A stretch of DNA of 64,000 nt from Azolla caroliniana (taxonomy: Eukaryota; Plantae; Polypodiophyta): contig JBHGNT010000012.1 of NCBI GenBank assembly GCA_043228905.1, positions 10,788,001-10,852,000 of the forward strand, written 5' to 3'. This document shows, in pieces, positions 48,901 through 62,482 of this stretch. Made by a program: the position numbers and the translations under genes. The notes beneath the pieces were generated by a model. That model was not told the DNA's origin, searched no databases, and worked only from the letters and a program-made list of their open reading frames with translations. How positions within the stretch are numbered: position 1 is the stretch's first letter; each line of letters starts with the position of its first letter.

Positions 48901-51900
48901 ATTCGGAGAGAAGTTGAACTGTTCGGCTATTCGGATTCCGCGACACGGATTCTACCAGATCATCTACAACAATCAGCTTGGGTTCAGGCGCAGAGAAGTA
49001 CTAGGATGCCGATTCATCGAAAACAACATCTCGACTGACTTGGACCGCTTTCGATCGGGGGCTATAACACTTATAACCCTTCTGTTCATCGGAGTAGCCT
49101 ACGAGAATGCACTTTTCGGCTTTCACATCTAACTTCCTCCGTTTTCCCATTGGCACATGCACATATGCAATGCTACCGAACACCTGAAGGTGTGCCAAAT
49201 TCGGCTTCCAATCAAAGTACAACTTGTGCGGTGACACCTTTGTCCCTAAGGCCGATATCCGATTCTAGATGTAGGCGGTTGTCCGGATTGCTTCAGCCCA
49301 ATAAAACTTGGGATGCTTTTCCCCTCAACCATTTCCCTTGCCGCTTCTACCAACGTACTATTTTGACACTCAGCCACACCATTCTGCTCCAGCGTGATTC
49401 TCGTCGAATTCCCTTCGTCTGCAAATAGCTCGTGAACTGGCCGAAAAAGTACGCTTTTTCGCCATTTGATCTCAAACACTTGATCTTTCTTCCGGTCTCG
49501 CGTTCAACAAGGTTCTTCAAATCACAGAAGCACAAGAAGACTTCACTTTTCTTCTCGATTAGATATATCCATGTGTGCCGGGTGAACTCGTCGATGAAGG
49601 GGACAAAATACCGACTCTCACCAATGCTCACGTTTTGTGCCGGTCCCCATACATCTGAATGGATGAGATCAAGACAATTCCGGCTCCAATTCTTCTCATT
49701 GGGGAATGGAAGCCTATGCTGCTTCCCGAGCTGACAAGCTTCACATAGTTGGCCTTTCCGGCCACTGAACTTCGGCAACCCGGAAACTACATGTTCCGAC
49801 TGCAACTCCTGAAGCTTTTGGAAGTTGATGTAATCAATCCTCTTATGCCACAAGTCGATGTCCGACTCGACCCTCTGCCCTTTCGCAAACATAGTGGTGC
49901 CAACATCATGTTGGGAGACAGGTCCCTCCGGATGGGAAGGGAGAAGAACAGTGCTGATGAACGAGCTCGGTTGAGGCCGATAGGCCGAGGCCGAAACCGG
50001 ATGAGGAATACCCGGCTACGGAGAGCCGGATGGTGTAGACCCGGTATGAACCGGATGAGGAGTACCCGGCTACAGAGAGCCGGATGGTACAGACCCGGTG
50101 AGAACCGGATGAAGAGACTATATTTGTAAATAGCCGAAAAGTCATATTAGTATAAATATGACTTAGGGCAAACCTTTTTTAAGGAAGGTTGTTGTCATTT
50201 TCTTGTTGGTGCAAGAAGAAGAGAGAGTACGTAACGTTGTACAGAGAGAGAGAGAGAGAAAGAGGTTGTTGCCTCTGTTGTAACCGCCGCATGTGGCGAA
50301 GATCGTGAGTCCGAGGTCGTTGCCTCCGTGAACTCACTGTTTTGTACATTCTTACATAGTGTCAGTTTGCAGCCTATGGGCTGACGTGGTTTTCCCCCTA
50401 GTTTGGGGTTTTCCACGTAAACCTCCTGTGTATTTTCTTCTTCTTTGTGTCGCGTCTTATTAAATTCCCGTTTTCTGTGTATCATTCTAAGCTCGGTTGT
50501 GGCCGAGCGTTGCGCATAAGGTACGACCAGTTCCCTTCACATCATTCATCTCGAGGATAAAAATCCTCCCATCTCGACGCCATTGCGCGATGACTTTGCG
50601 CTCTTCTTCGATGAAGCACCTGAGGTGCATGAACCAAACCTGCATCCCTTGATCGACAATCTGTCCAACCCACACCAGATTCTTTGTGATTTTCTGGACA
50701 TGCAAGACGTTCATCAACTTTCCCTTCTGCCTGACATGGTTGAGGGGAATCTCTCCGATGTTGTCGATGGTATGCAGGGTGTCGTCTCTGGTTTCAATAG
50801 CCCTTGGTTGTTCCGGTTTTTCTAGATAAGCAAACCACTCTGTGTGGCTTGTCATATGGTTTGACGCTCCGGAATCAACATACCATACCTCATTCGGTTT
50901 CGAGCTACTTGTGTTCATTGAATTGGCCTTGTGTTTCATCACAAAGGCTGGGCCCGATCCATCTTCGGAACCAGATCCTTCCGGTCCCACCACGTAGTGC
51001 GAGCTTTGCCAGTTTCCCCGTCCAGCCTTGCCAGATTCGGAATTGTTCGAATCAGGGCGCTTCTTCTAGCATTCACTCTTTGTGTGGCCCTTCTAGCCAC
51101 AATACCAACATTTTGTTGCGGTCTTCTCCTGTCGGCTCTCGACACCGCCTTTATTCCCCTTACTTGTGGAGGGTCCAGAACTATTGCTGGCACCATCATT
51201 GTGCCTTTGATTCTGCTCTTGTTAGTCGCTTCCACCGTGTGTCGATCCGCCTCCGTGTACAACATCCTATTGTCGGTGTGCATGCTCGTTGACACACCTG
51301 CGTGGTTCTCCTCTACTAGGAGCATCGACTGTAAGTCGAAAAACGAGGGGTATTCTCCCTTGTACAGACCGTCGTCCGGATTGCTCTGAACTTTGACGCC
51401 AAGCCCCCGAGACAAACCTGCACCATCTCATCTTCCTCGACGGTTACGTTGACAGAGGCAAGTGAGTCACAGATGTCTTTGATCCGGGCCATATAGTCGA
51501 CCACCGACATGTCCTTTTGTCGTACATTGCTTAACTTATGTTCGAGTTGCAACTTCTGGGCCATAGTGCTTGCGGCGAAGACCTTCTTTAGGTTTCCCCA
51601 AGCTTCCTTCGACGTCTTGCCGTCCTGGATATGGCTCAACAACTGATCACCGACACTAGACATGAAGCAATACATTACCCTGCTTGCCACTTGTTCCCAA
51701 GTCGGGAAGTCCTTGTGTGCCGCATCAGCTGCCGTGTCATTAGCTCTGTCAACATAACTCCAGTAACCATGCCCGAATAGGTATTGGTGCATCTTGTACG
51801 ACCAAGATGCGTAGTTGGATCTGTCGAGCTTCTCCGTCGGGAGTGAGCTAGTCATTCCTCTGTCCATTCTAGCCTTGTTTTCTATTCTCTATCGGGTGTT

Positions 51901-52412
51901 AGGGTTTGTCTTCGGAAATCGCTCGTTGGCAATAGAGGTTCTCAACCCTGACGCTCTAATACCATGAAAAGAATAGCATGCGAAAGCTTGTAGAGAAACT
52001 GCCTCAGCCAGATTACAACAATAAAATAGAGAATGACGGTTTAATGGAAGCTTAAGAACAAAGAATACACAAGAGAGATAGAGAGAGCAGAAAGCATAAA
52101 CTCAATTCAAATAATAACACTTTGTACATACAATGTGGTCTATGAGCACTTTTATACAAGTCCTTAAAAGGACTGACAAGTACTTCAATGCTCATACGAG
52201 CAGCTGACATCGACTCCCAAAAATATGCCTACGTACTAGGCTAGATTCGTAGGCCTCCAACGGCCTATCGGTTCCAATCCGGTCCGTCTCCCCAATCAGG
52301 CACCTGGTTCCGGATACTGATCCGGACACCAATCAAATTCTTTGTTCCGGACTCTGATCCGGCTCTGGGTTATTCAGCCGATCTAGATCTGGTTGAGCTT
52401 GTCCACTCAACA
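45966..52412 (-). mobile_element. Full-length decayed Ty1/copia element K
   Basis: LTRs at 45966-~46425 and 51965-52412. TSD CTATG at 45961-45965 and 52413-52417. PBS TGGTATTAGAGC at 51953-51964. Frameshifted gag (ATG at 51867), WYVDSG protease, integrase, YVDD RT and RNase H. Confidence 0.93.
49909..50539 (+). mobile_element. Solo LTR of the E family nested in K
   Basis: TG...CA ends; TSD CATCA at 49904-49908 and 50540-50544; reverse-complement similarity to 14109-14940; host frame EMND|VGTTMFAKG rejoins. Confidence 0.92.
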
Positions 52413-52959
52413 CTATGCATAGGTATAAGTCTGAGTATTTGTATATATGTGTAAGACTTAAGTTTCAATATCTCTTAGCATATAATTGTACTTATATAAT
52501 TGTTTGATATTTTGGGTATACATGCTTATGTATAAGTTAAAGTGTAGGTTAAGGTGCAAGAGGAATATATATGCAAATGTAGTGTGTGTATATATCTAAA
52601 TGTGTATGTATATAAAAGTATCTATATATACGATTGATTATATGTGTGTGTGTGTGATTACTTGTTCAAGTATGTAAATGTGTATATACACACATGTATT
52701 ATGCTTATGTGTATGTGCTTGAAAAATGTACAAGCATTTTTTATAAGTATGTGAAGATATGTATCAATGTGTATGTATATCTAGTTTTCATGTATTTGTG
52801 AGTGAGTGTTTGAATGTATGTGCATATGTGTATTGGTAGATAAGGGAGGAATACATAGAATGCAAGCACGAGGACATACACATACACACACCTACACACA
52901 CACACACACACAAGACAAAAGTGCTACTAAAATTTGGAACGAGCTTAGGGTTGTGAATC

Positions 52960-53965
52960 AAGATGACATCTAAGAGGTACTTCCATCGAGGTTGTTTGAT
53001 TTATCGGCCCTTAAAAGGCATTAATGTGCTCCGCCATATTGGACCCGGCTTGGTATCAGAGTCTCACTAACTTCCGGAATATTGAGACCTGATTCACCGC
53101 GTTTTTATTCTCCAGCATGGTACCAATTGTTTCCCAGAGCACATGAGCCTTACTTTCTTCGTTGAAGTCGTTGTAAAGGCTCATGTCGATGAAGCATCAA
53201 ATGTATGTCATCGTCTTCAATGTGTGCATCACCTCCCAATTCACGATATCGATTTTATTTGGTTTTTTGTCTCCGAACTGTACCGGCAGCCAAAGATCTT
53301 TGACCACCAACATGTCCCTCATCTTCAACTTCCACACTGGGTAGTTGGAACCGGTGAGCTTGAACATGCCGCCGAATGGATCTTCCATGCTTTGATACTA
53401 GATTGTGCAGAATAGTGCTCGGCCACAACAAAATCTTAAACACTCAATGGAAGAAACAAAACATAAATGAAGATTTATGCACTTACACAAAATGAGACGA
53501 AACCAGATGTTAACGGGGAAAACCCTAATCGGGAAAAACCATGGGAGCCCGTACACTCCAACTATCACTATGAGAGGAATGGTACAATGCAAGACTCAGA
53601 GGCAATGACCTCGAGCTCTATGTCTTCGCCAACTAACAGTTACAACAGAGAATACTTTCTGTTTCTCTCTCTCTCGCTCTCTCTCTCCCTACCTCTCTGT
53701 ATCTTTCTCTGTACAACGATAACAACATTTCTATGAACATTGTTGCCCTAGTTATATTTATACTTATATAATTTTAGGGCTATATATAAATATGACCTCA
53801 ACGGTCACGTCTGAACATATTTACTAATATGTTCCTATTTGTTGGTTCATACTGGATCCGGCCAAACTCCTTCTGGATCCATTTGATCCGGTATCCAAAT
53901 ACCTTCTGGACCCATCCGGTCCGGTTCCTTCCTTCGGCTAATCCGGGGGGACCTGTTTCCCAACA
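52960..53965 (-). mobile_element. Truncated copia L: 5' LTR 53404-53965, degenerate PBS 53389-53400, gag N-terminus
   Basis: LTR related to B/D/H; TAGTATCAAAGC is immediately followed by the ATG of MEDPFGGMFKLTGSNYPVWKLKM. Confidence 0.82.
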
Positions 53966-54335
53966 ATATCCCCATAAACCAAGTCTGAACTCTTGTCTTC
54001 CAACTCGTGGAACCCATCGTCGAAAAGAGGGAATAATGTCATGAAGGCATACATTTTGGCTTATCAGGAGTCAAACCCACAACTTCTTGGTCTATGTGTT
54101 AAACCTTTAACCATTGTAATAATATATATGATATGTAATTATAATAATTATATTTTTAGTTATTATAAGATATATTTAGAATATTCTAGAACATTCTAGT
54201 ATACTCCATAAGGATATATAAATAGGTGTCCATACATTCATCACAACTCATTTGGTTCAACACTAGTCTTTAGCCCTTAGCCTACTCTTTGTAACCTTGT
54301 TTTCTCATAATATAATCTCATTTCCATTTCTTGTC

Positions 54336-54380
<45 letters not shown>

Positions 54381-54391
54381 AAAACTTGACA
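53966..54391 (+). mobile_element. 3' end of a G-family chromovirus: chromodomain tail, PPT and LTR 54037-54391
   Basis: YPHKPS (compare YPDKPG in G); PPT AAAAGAGGGAATAA; TGTCATG...TTGACA ends; antisense tRNA-like module, HSE at 54179-54196, TATA at ~54215, GGTTCAACACTAGTCTT at 54254-54270. Confidence 0.8.
54179..54196. promoter_or_regulatory. Perfect 4-unit heat-shock element in an LTR
   Basis: GAAtaTTCtaGAAcaTTC, ~20 bp before TATATAAATA. Confidence 0.7.
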
Positions 54392-54989
54392 ATCATGAGT
54401 TGTTCATACTAGAATTAAAAACCATCATAGAGTGGAGACCCACAAGAAATCAAAAGTAGATTGATGGTAGCTCCGCTAGATAATGATGATTAACAAGAAT
54501 GTCCATTCAGACCTCCTAATGTTATCCTCTTCAAGAAAAATCCAATGATGATCAAAATGATTGTTATGATTCATGACTAAAGTTCATTCATACCATATTG
54601 CACTTATTGCAGATGCTTCTCACGCAACTACGTCCTAAGGGGTTTCATGATAGAATCTCAAAATGAAGAAAGAAGAACGTACTTCAATCACAAGGATCCA
54701 ACTAGATGAAGTTTAAAATATTATGTTCTCAGGGTCACCAGGATCATGCATCTAAGAAAACAAATAGTCGAGTCTCTTCTAAGAGAGATGTTCATAATTA
54801 ATGCCAATAAATACTTGAAGTGCCAAGAACTAAGCATGGTGGATTATAAGGTAAGGGCTTTAAGTTCAACAAGAGCAATGCAATATTGGGCACTCACTAT
54901 ATATAAGAAACAAATCTTGCTTGGGGGAACAGATCATAAAGGTTCTATTCTTTCAGTATTCAGTAAAGCTAGGAAGGTCATTACTAAGG

Positions 54990-55923
54990 TCTACGAATGT
55001 AATGGCGCCAGCGGCACAAAAACATTGGACTAACTGGGGTGTTTCAACGTTGCAGTTGAAAACATATTGGAGATGGATCTGGTCTTTCAAGGGGCCCTCT
55101 AAATTTATTCTTTTTAGATGGCTACTAGTGCATGCAGCATTACCAGTTGGCCAAACATTAAAAGGGAATGTAGCACATAATCTCAGGCAATGTGGATTTT
55201 GCCATGCAACGCCGGAGACTACTAAGCATGCCCTTTGGTCTTGTCCCTTGGCTCAGCAAGTATGGAATAAAGTTCTTTCTTTATTCCTAATAGTCAATGT
55301 TGGTTGCTTGTTCTCATGGGGAGTAGCGGTGTGGGGAATTTTACACTCTAGCTTGATGTTGTATGAGGCAGATGATATACAAGAGGCCAGGATGGTACAT
55401 AACAAAAGATTGATATCAGTTAGTCCGTTTCAGCAACCTCGAAAGCAGGTGTGATCTGTCCAGATTTGGAAAACTGTGACTACAATAACATTATGGGTAT
55501 TATGGAAATGTAGGTGCAGTCGACTTTACGATGCCACAAAGCTTGGTCTTCAAGAGGTATTGCATGAGATATGGAAAACAGTGTTGACAGTAGTTCGTGG
55601 GCAATATGATAACATGTGCGGTTCTCCAGAAAATATTCATAAAAGACGGATGAAGATTCTTCACTTATGGAGGAAGGTGCCTCTCTTTGTAATGACAAAT
55701 CAAAGACCTCAATGGAATTATCATCTTCCATGGACCCTTTCTTGATACAAAACCAACATGCTAATGTACCGTTTAAGGTTCAGAAGCCCTGTATAAGTTG
55801 TTTTTCTATGTACAGGTTTAGGTGTATATACATTACGCTGTAAGCCTACGGGTAGATAACTTTTACTTATATTTTTTCGATATTTTTAATACTAATGAAG
55901 AAAATCTTTCAAGAAAAAAAAAA
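54990..55923 (+). mobile_element. 5'-truncated L1-like LINE 3' end (zf-RVT region and poly-A)
   Basis: WRWIWS..PSKFILFRWLLVH..CGFC..ETTKHALWSC..W, LWVLWKCR, and an A-tail at ~55911-55923. No TSD was found, so the left boundary is approximate. Confidence 0.78.
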
Positions 55924-56586
55924 GGAAACAAATTTGGCTAGTAGATTATGTGAACATAATACTAAATTAGAATGCTACCATTTTTATGGATGACAAGTGA
56001 TCTAGAAGGTATCTTTTTCAAATTTTTGTAAGGATTATTAGTTCATTCATGTCATAGCATTGATATACATATTCATTATGTAGTTCCTACAGGCTACAAT
56101 TGACACTAGTTGTTTGTCTTTCTTTATAAAATAAGGTTATTAAGATGAAACAAATCCTTGTTTCTCACATCATTTGTGGAAAGGCCTTATGGTGTGTGGA
56201 AGGTATTTGTGAACTAGAATTAAAAAACATATGGTCTTCTAATGTTTTAAGTAGTTTTCCATCTCACGTTGCTCCTCCAAAAGCATGTACCCAAGAGTAA
56301 TGTATATATAAGCTCTTGTCTATCTTTCCCATGGATGTCCATGGTAACATTAAGAGTCTAGAGATCAAATTGCTACCAAGGTTTAGTAACGAATGAGGTA
56401 GAATTAAAATGATTGGAGACCTAATTGTTGAGCACCATGATATATTCCCGAATTTCGGTGTACAAACCTCAAATATGATTAGATGGGATACCCAAGATAG
56501 ATCTTTTAGCAACTCAAGTATGTAGATTTTTGTAGCACCTTAATCACATTCCCACGAGTTTTGAGCATGTGAAAGCGTGGTGCTTG

Positions 56587-56996
56587 CTACCCAATATGGC
56601 GACAATGCCTAGGAGACACCGAACATTGGACTAGAAACATGCGACGACATGGGTTTCCTTCAGCATCAGTTTTAGAGTATCGAGGCGTACCGCGGAGGCG
56701 GTTGAAAAAATGGGTGGGACTATCACCAATGAGCCCAAAGTTGGCATCAGGATCACCCACCTGTGACACATGCACATGATCAAACCCCAACGTCGGCAAC
56801 AACTCTTCGGGCCAGTCACTATGGAAGAAGAAAGGTGCTTGCAATTCAAGCCCTAGTAGTTGGGTCGAAGATTCATTGAGGAGGTCAGCCACTACTCGTG
56901 TCCCACATGCGGAGCCACGTGCTATCCTCCGGAGCACCGCACACGCCTCCTCGTCCCGTAGGTAATACAGAAGGCCTTCCAACACCCACACCGTAT

Positions 56997-57040
<44 letters not shown>

Positions 57041-57564
57041 ACGGTAGTACTAGTACTAGTGGTAGAGCTAGAACTAGAACTAGAACTAATAGGAGTAGGA
57101 GTTGGAGGAGTAGTAGAACAATTCCGTGAAGACCATCTGCCGCCTTCGTCTTTCTCTTCCCCTTCACTGATCTCATCGCCTCTGTTGCTGCTGCTACTGC
57201 CGCCATCTCTGAACCCCACATCTCGAAGCTTTTGCCACCACTCATTTGTGGCCAGATCGGCGGGGACCCTTTCCACCTTGGCTGCATACATTTCACGAGA
57301 TTTCTCTCTTCTACCGCCGCCACCGCCGCCCACCTCTTCTTCTTCTTCTTCTTCTTCTTCTTCTTCTTCTTCAAGGAGGAGTAAGGCAGCTTTGGCCTCC
57401 AACACCCTCGGCAAATCCACCTCGTACACGTGGCATCCCTCCAAGCACTTCAGCCTGAACGCCCTTGTGTCCATCCCTGCGTGTATTATGTGCGTGTTTC
57501 CCATGAAAACCAACAATCAACACCCCACCACATCATTCATATCAATATGTATATATATATGTAC

Positions 57565-57605
<41 letters not shown>

Positions 57606-58388
57606 GACGTCGGTCACACATAATGCCAATCAATTCAAAGCTTTCCTCATATATCTCCTCTAACAAATTTGGGGCTTGCAAGGTCTTGCCTCCTCATCGC
57701 ACCACCAAAGTACTGTTAAGCTTAAATGTGTAATTCATGACATTCCACCCTGTTTGGGGGATGATCCATCCATATTGGAGTCTAGCAGCCTCTCTCATGC
57801 ACTAACTATATCTATCTTCTAGTTCCAATTAGAAGTATCGTTGGTTTCATTCAGCAAATCATCTAATGTATGGTGGTTAAGTAAGTATGAGCCTAAATAC
57901 ATTTGTTCATTGACAACAACATTACATTATAGTGTTTGTTTACCTGCACCAAGGAGAACTACTTGGGGAGGTTTGTGGGGGAACGAGTCTCGGCACTGCC
58001 GCACAGCAGCTTCAATCATTCGATCAAACCAGAGCGTCCGGACAGCGAGCATGACTCCAGCGGTGCCACGAGGGCCACCATCCAAACATTCGGGCATCAT
58101 CATCTTGTTGCAAAGACGGCGAAGGTAAGCTTCCCCCGCCAAGAAACCTGCCAAATGGTCATGGATGACATGTGACCATAACGCACGCCCGGCTGCAGTC
58201 TGCCTTGCTGTACGCTCACGTGCATCTTCTTCTCGATCCAGCATTTCATGCACCTGTCTCATCTTGTCCGTGTACAAGCGACAGACTGCGTCCACATGCT
58301 CGCTCACGCTCACCACTGATGGCGATGGCGTCATCATGAACGGATCCAGGACGGCTCTTCTCTCATTTGTCATGGCTGCCACATTCAT
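56587..58388 (-). CDS. SAM-dependent methyltransferase, LCM/leucine-carboxyl-methyltransferase-like family. Exons 58388-57944 and 57476-56587 (~444 aa)
   Basis: TARQTAAGR, AVRTLWFD, QVVLLGA|GMDTRAFRL, VYEVDLP, VPADL, WVLEGLLYYL; phase-1 GT-AG intron. Confidence 0.9.
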
Positions 58389-59703
58389 TTAGGGTTATGA
58401 TTACGATACAAAGATGCACTAAAAAAGTGGATGGGGGGGGGGGTTTTGAACGAAGACCCGAGAAATGTGGTGGTGGAGGGAGTGATGGTTATGACCTAGA
58501 GGAGCAACAAGTTAGATGTGAGGATGCAGTACAACAAGTAAAGTTGTGAGGGAATACAAATTATGGGGAGGTGGAAGGAGGGAGGGGGGCTAGAATGGAA
58601 TGGGTAGGGCGTGTTGATGGATATGGATATGGATATGGATATGGATGGAGGAGCAGCTGCACAGGTAGGTTTGATGAGGAAATGAAACAATCAATCAAGC
58701 AAATATATGTGGAAGGAGGAAGAGGATATGTGATGAGGGAGAAGTAGTAATGTATGGATCCATCCCTACCTGCCTGCCTATAGTCAGTCAGTGAGTCAGT
58801 GAGTTAGTCAGCCCTCGTGAATACTATGTACATACATACTTGTAAGGAGGAAGTGATGGATCGGATCATATCTTCTTCTGAACCAGTTACACTCCTACTG
58901 ACATCATGAGTTTAGTTAGTAGACGAGGGTGGGTAGGTGTTTTGGGGGTGACGTCCCGTCCGTCGTCACCTGCTCCTGCTCCTGCTCCCATCTCTTTCCA
59001 TTCCCCAATTCCATATCCATCTTCTTCTTCTTCTTCTTCTTCTTCTTCATCTTTCCAAGAGACGAGACCGTGTACGTACAAGAATTCCGTGGTGTTTCCT
59101 GCATCCACGTGGTCTCACCTCACCCCTTTCCCTCCTCCTCCTCCTCTTCCTCTTCCTCTTCCTTCTTCCTCTTCCTCTTCCTCCCTACTTACTCTCTCCT
59201 TTCTTCTAAGCTTTATCCTTAAAATTCCTACTACTACTACTACTACTACTAGCACTACTACAAGAAGTGAAGCGTTCTTCACTTTTTTAGGGTGCCAGCT
59301 TCTACTTCTTCTTCTATTCAGCTTTTTAGTTTTTTTAATCCTTCATGATTTAAGTCACTCGGCTCCTATTATTATTTTTATTCTCTCTAACCAAGTACAT
59401 ACATGTGTGTGTGTGTGTGTGTGTGTGTAGATTTTTAATAGCATTTGCCTAGGAGAGAGAGAGAGCTGTAGGGGAGCCTTTTTTACATCCGCCTCTCTAG
59501 AGTCTATCCTCAAGGAAGCTACTACATATGTACATATATCATATATGTATGTATGTATGTAGTATGTACGTACATATCATATATGTACATACATACATAT
59601 GTTTTAGTCCTACCAACCCAACCCTTTAAGTGCAGTGCCCTCCCTCAGACCTCTCCACCCATTACGAAACCCTTCGTCTCTCACCTCTCTATGCGTTTGT
59701 GAT

Positions 59704-60047
59704 TAAGAGTCAGTAACAACTTGGCTCAATCCTAAACCGAACCATTAAACCATTGTTAAATGGTTTGGGGGTTTGTCAGTCCTGTTTGGCTCCTTTTAGG
59801 CTTCAGCTTCCCAATCTGGTTTGAGCTCGGTTTGTCAACGCTCAAGCCGAACCGAACCATTTTGGGCCAAACAAGTTCCCTAAACCGGTTAAGGCTAATA
59901 AGTTTGGCCAAACCAGTTAAACCTTAACTAGTTTAGGAACCGATTCGGTTCAAGTTTTATAAAACTTGCAAACCAATAAGGCTTAACTAGTTTGGTTTGG
60001 ATAAGGGCAAACCAGTTAAGTTGAAACTGAACCATTGTCGATTCTTA
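59704..60047. mobile_element. hAT-type MITE (344 bp)
   Basis: Imperfect TIRs TAAGAGTCAGTAA / TAAGAATCGACAA; 8-bp TSD TTTGTGAT at 59696-59703 and 60048-60055; AAACC/GGTTT motifs. Confidence 0.82.
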
Positions 60048-61592
60048 TTTGTGATGTTACATTAAACATGTGAGCACTTGGTTGCCTCTTTGGGTATGGT
60101 GTAATTTTGAAACTCATACATGAGACAGAGATGAAAGCCGAAACCGATGCATTGCCAATTCCTATTTGTGAGAGTACTTGGCTGCCTCTTCGGGTTTGGT
60201 CTAATTTCGAAACTCATACATGAGACGAGATGATTCACTTTCTATAAACAAGTGGGCCTAAAACTAAGCCATGCATATTGTACGCAAAAGTATTTTTGAA
60301 ACAACCCCCTACACAAGCTTAATCCACAAATTATAGGTGCCATGAATGACAAGAACCACCCAACTCACATAATGTGTCTTGGGTTTGTAATCCCCACTAT
60401 GCCTTACTATATATATAAGGGTCTCCTACTACACCTATGTTTTTCTCTGTGCGGTGTGTATGTTGCTCCTCATGTTGATAAATAGTAGGGAAACATGTGC
60501 CTTATCACTTGCAAGGAAAATTGCATCCTTATTAAAACAAAATCCCAAAATCCTCTTTGCTCAATGGTATAGCCTATAGGGAAACATAAAGGTTTTCTCG
60601 TACAAACAAATGTCAAAACCCCATGTGCTACCTAAACATGGGATTAGAATGTCCAAGGTGCGTAAGTTCCAACTCTTGAACATTTTAGGGGATATATATA
60701 TAAGAAAAGGAGAAAAAAGTTCATCCAAGTAAAACCTAAAGAATATTGTTCAACTTTGCGCCTTAGTCTCCGATGTCCACACACCACATAACCTTATCAT
60801 TTTAGTTTTCATAGAGTTATTGCTTGATGCTTGATGAGTTTTTAGGACTACAAGAGAGATTTATTAATTTAAAATGTGCCATGTAAAGCTCTACCACCAT
60901 TAATCGCACAAATGTGTGTATCACAAGATGCATTATTGTTGCACAAATATTGCATCACTTATTAGCTTGTATCTTATGTGGCTTGTTTCTTGATGGTTGA
61001 TATAATATCATCTATTGCAGTATGGACATTAAGTAGATTCTCCCCACAACATTTCCAAAGGCTGATGGGTGAAATAGGAGAGGTAACAAGTATTGAGTTT
61101 TACAATTAAATAAGCCATCAACAAGGGTTAACTCATTGTCCTTATCCTTAGTCCATCCTCTATTCACCAAACTTAATATTTAAGATCTAGCCTTTTTTGT
61201 TCACCATCAAGTTGTATGTTCATCTTCGCCACATAGTACTATTGCCCGTGTTACTTGTGCCAAGCTTATGGTTCAATTTGAGTGGCATTTTCACCTTAAT
61301 ATCTGTATATTGACGCTTTGTTTAAAATCTATTTACCTTCTTCCTAATGGAGATGAGGATAGAGTATGATTTGAAATAGTTTCTCTAATGACCTTTTTTT
61401 TTTTTTCCTTTTGCTGACTTTTTGTGATTTTCTTTTGCTTACTTAAAGATAATATGCGGCAACACTTTTGTCCTTATGTGAGAAATGCCCTTATATGTTT
61501 TAGTATCCTTACTAAGAAAAAAGAATCTCTTTTTGGCACAATGATGTGTCGTATTATATCTTGTTTAATCCCTTTTCGTTTGGTTACAGATA

Positions 61593-61743
61593 TTTTCTTG
61601 ATCTCCAACTCCACTTCAAAAGTAGTATTTTATTATGTACTGTAATATATAAGCCCATTATTTCATTTCTTGATCTCCAACTCCACTTCAAAAGTACTAC
61701 ATATTGTTATTCTGTACTTTAATATAAGCCCATTATTTCATTA
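61593..61743. repeat. Local ~73-bp tandem duplication
   Basis: ttcttgatctccaactccacttcaaaagta...atataagcccattatttcatt occurs twice. Confidence 0.75.
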
Positions 61744-62482
61744 TGTATTTTATCCAAAATGATCATGTGAGTAAACCACAGAAAATCCTGCTGCTCAGAA
61801 GGGCATATCTCTAGGGCTCCCATGAAATATGGGCTAATGTTTGAGGTTCATTTTAATAAATATGAGCAACATTGCGACAAGAAAGACTAATAAAAATTGA
61901 GCTTGCATGTAGCTTACAAAATTGAGGATTTGATCACTTGAAAAAAAACTTTTCGAGCCACATAACACAAATGTAGAAGAATAGCTGGATTCATCGTTCT
62001 GTAATTATTTGAACCTCAAAACTGATGAATAATTTATCTCTTTGATAAGAAAGGAAGGCATGGGAAGTATACGAATGCATTCTACACTCTACATGTTAAT
62101 CCATAGGTCAACTGAATCAAAGCAAATGTTAGGAGGTGACATAGACTGATTGGTATATACATTTTGTGATTAAGTCACCATCCATCCATCCATCCATCAT
62201 ACTCCTTTTAGGAGAGTTAGAAGTGGATTCACATATTTAAACGATAATGCAAGGGACGATTTGCTATAAAAAAAAACACAAAAAAAAAAACTTCTCTCGG
62301 ATATCTTATGCGTTTGTAGAATCTATGTATTGATTCATTATTATTCAAACCTCAAGCAAGTGTCATGAATGTTCATAAATAGAGATTTTTATGCTTAATA
62401 AGATGTCAAGCCTATCAATGCATCCTAGACTCAACAACATATTATGTATTAAGCATGCATGGGATGTAGCTCGCCTCCTAAG

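Noticed and set aside
53051-53062. Plus-strand PBS-like TGGTATCAGAGT
   Set aside because: Not preceded by an LTR end; it is the antisense of gag codons LVRL*YQ of element L
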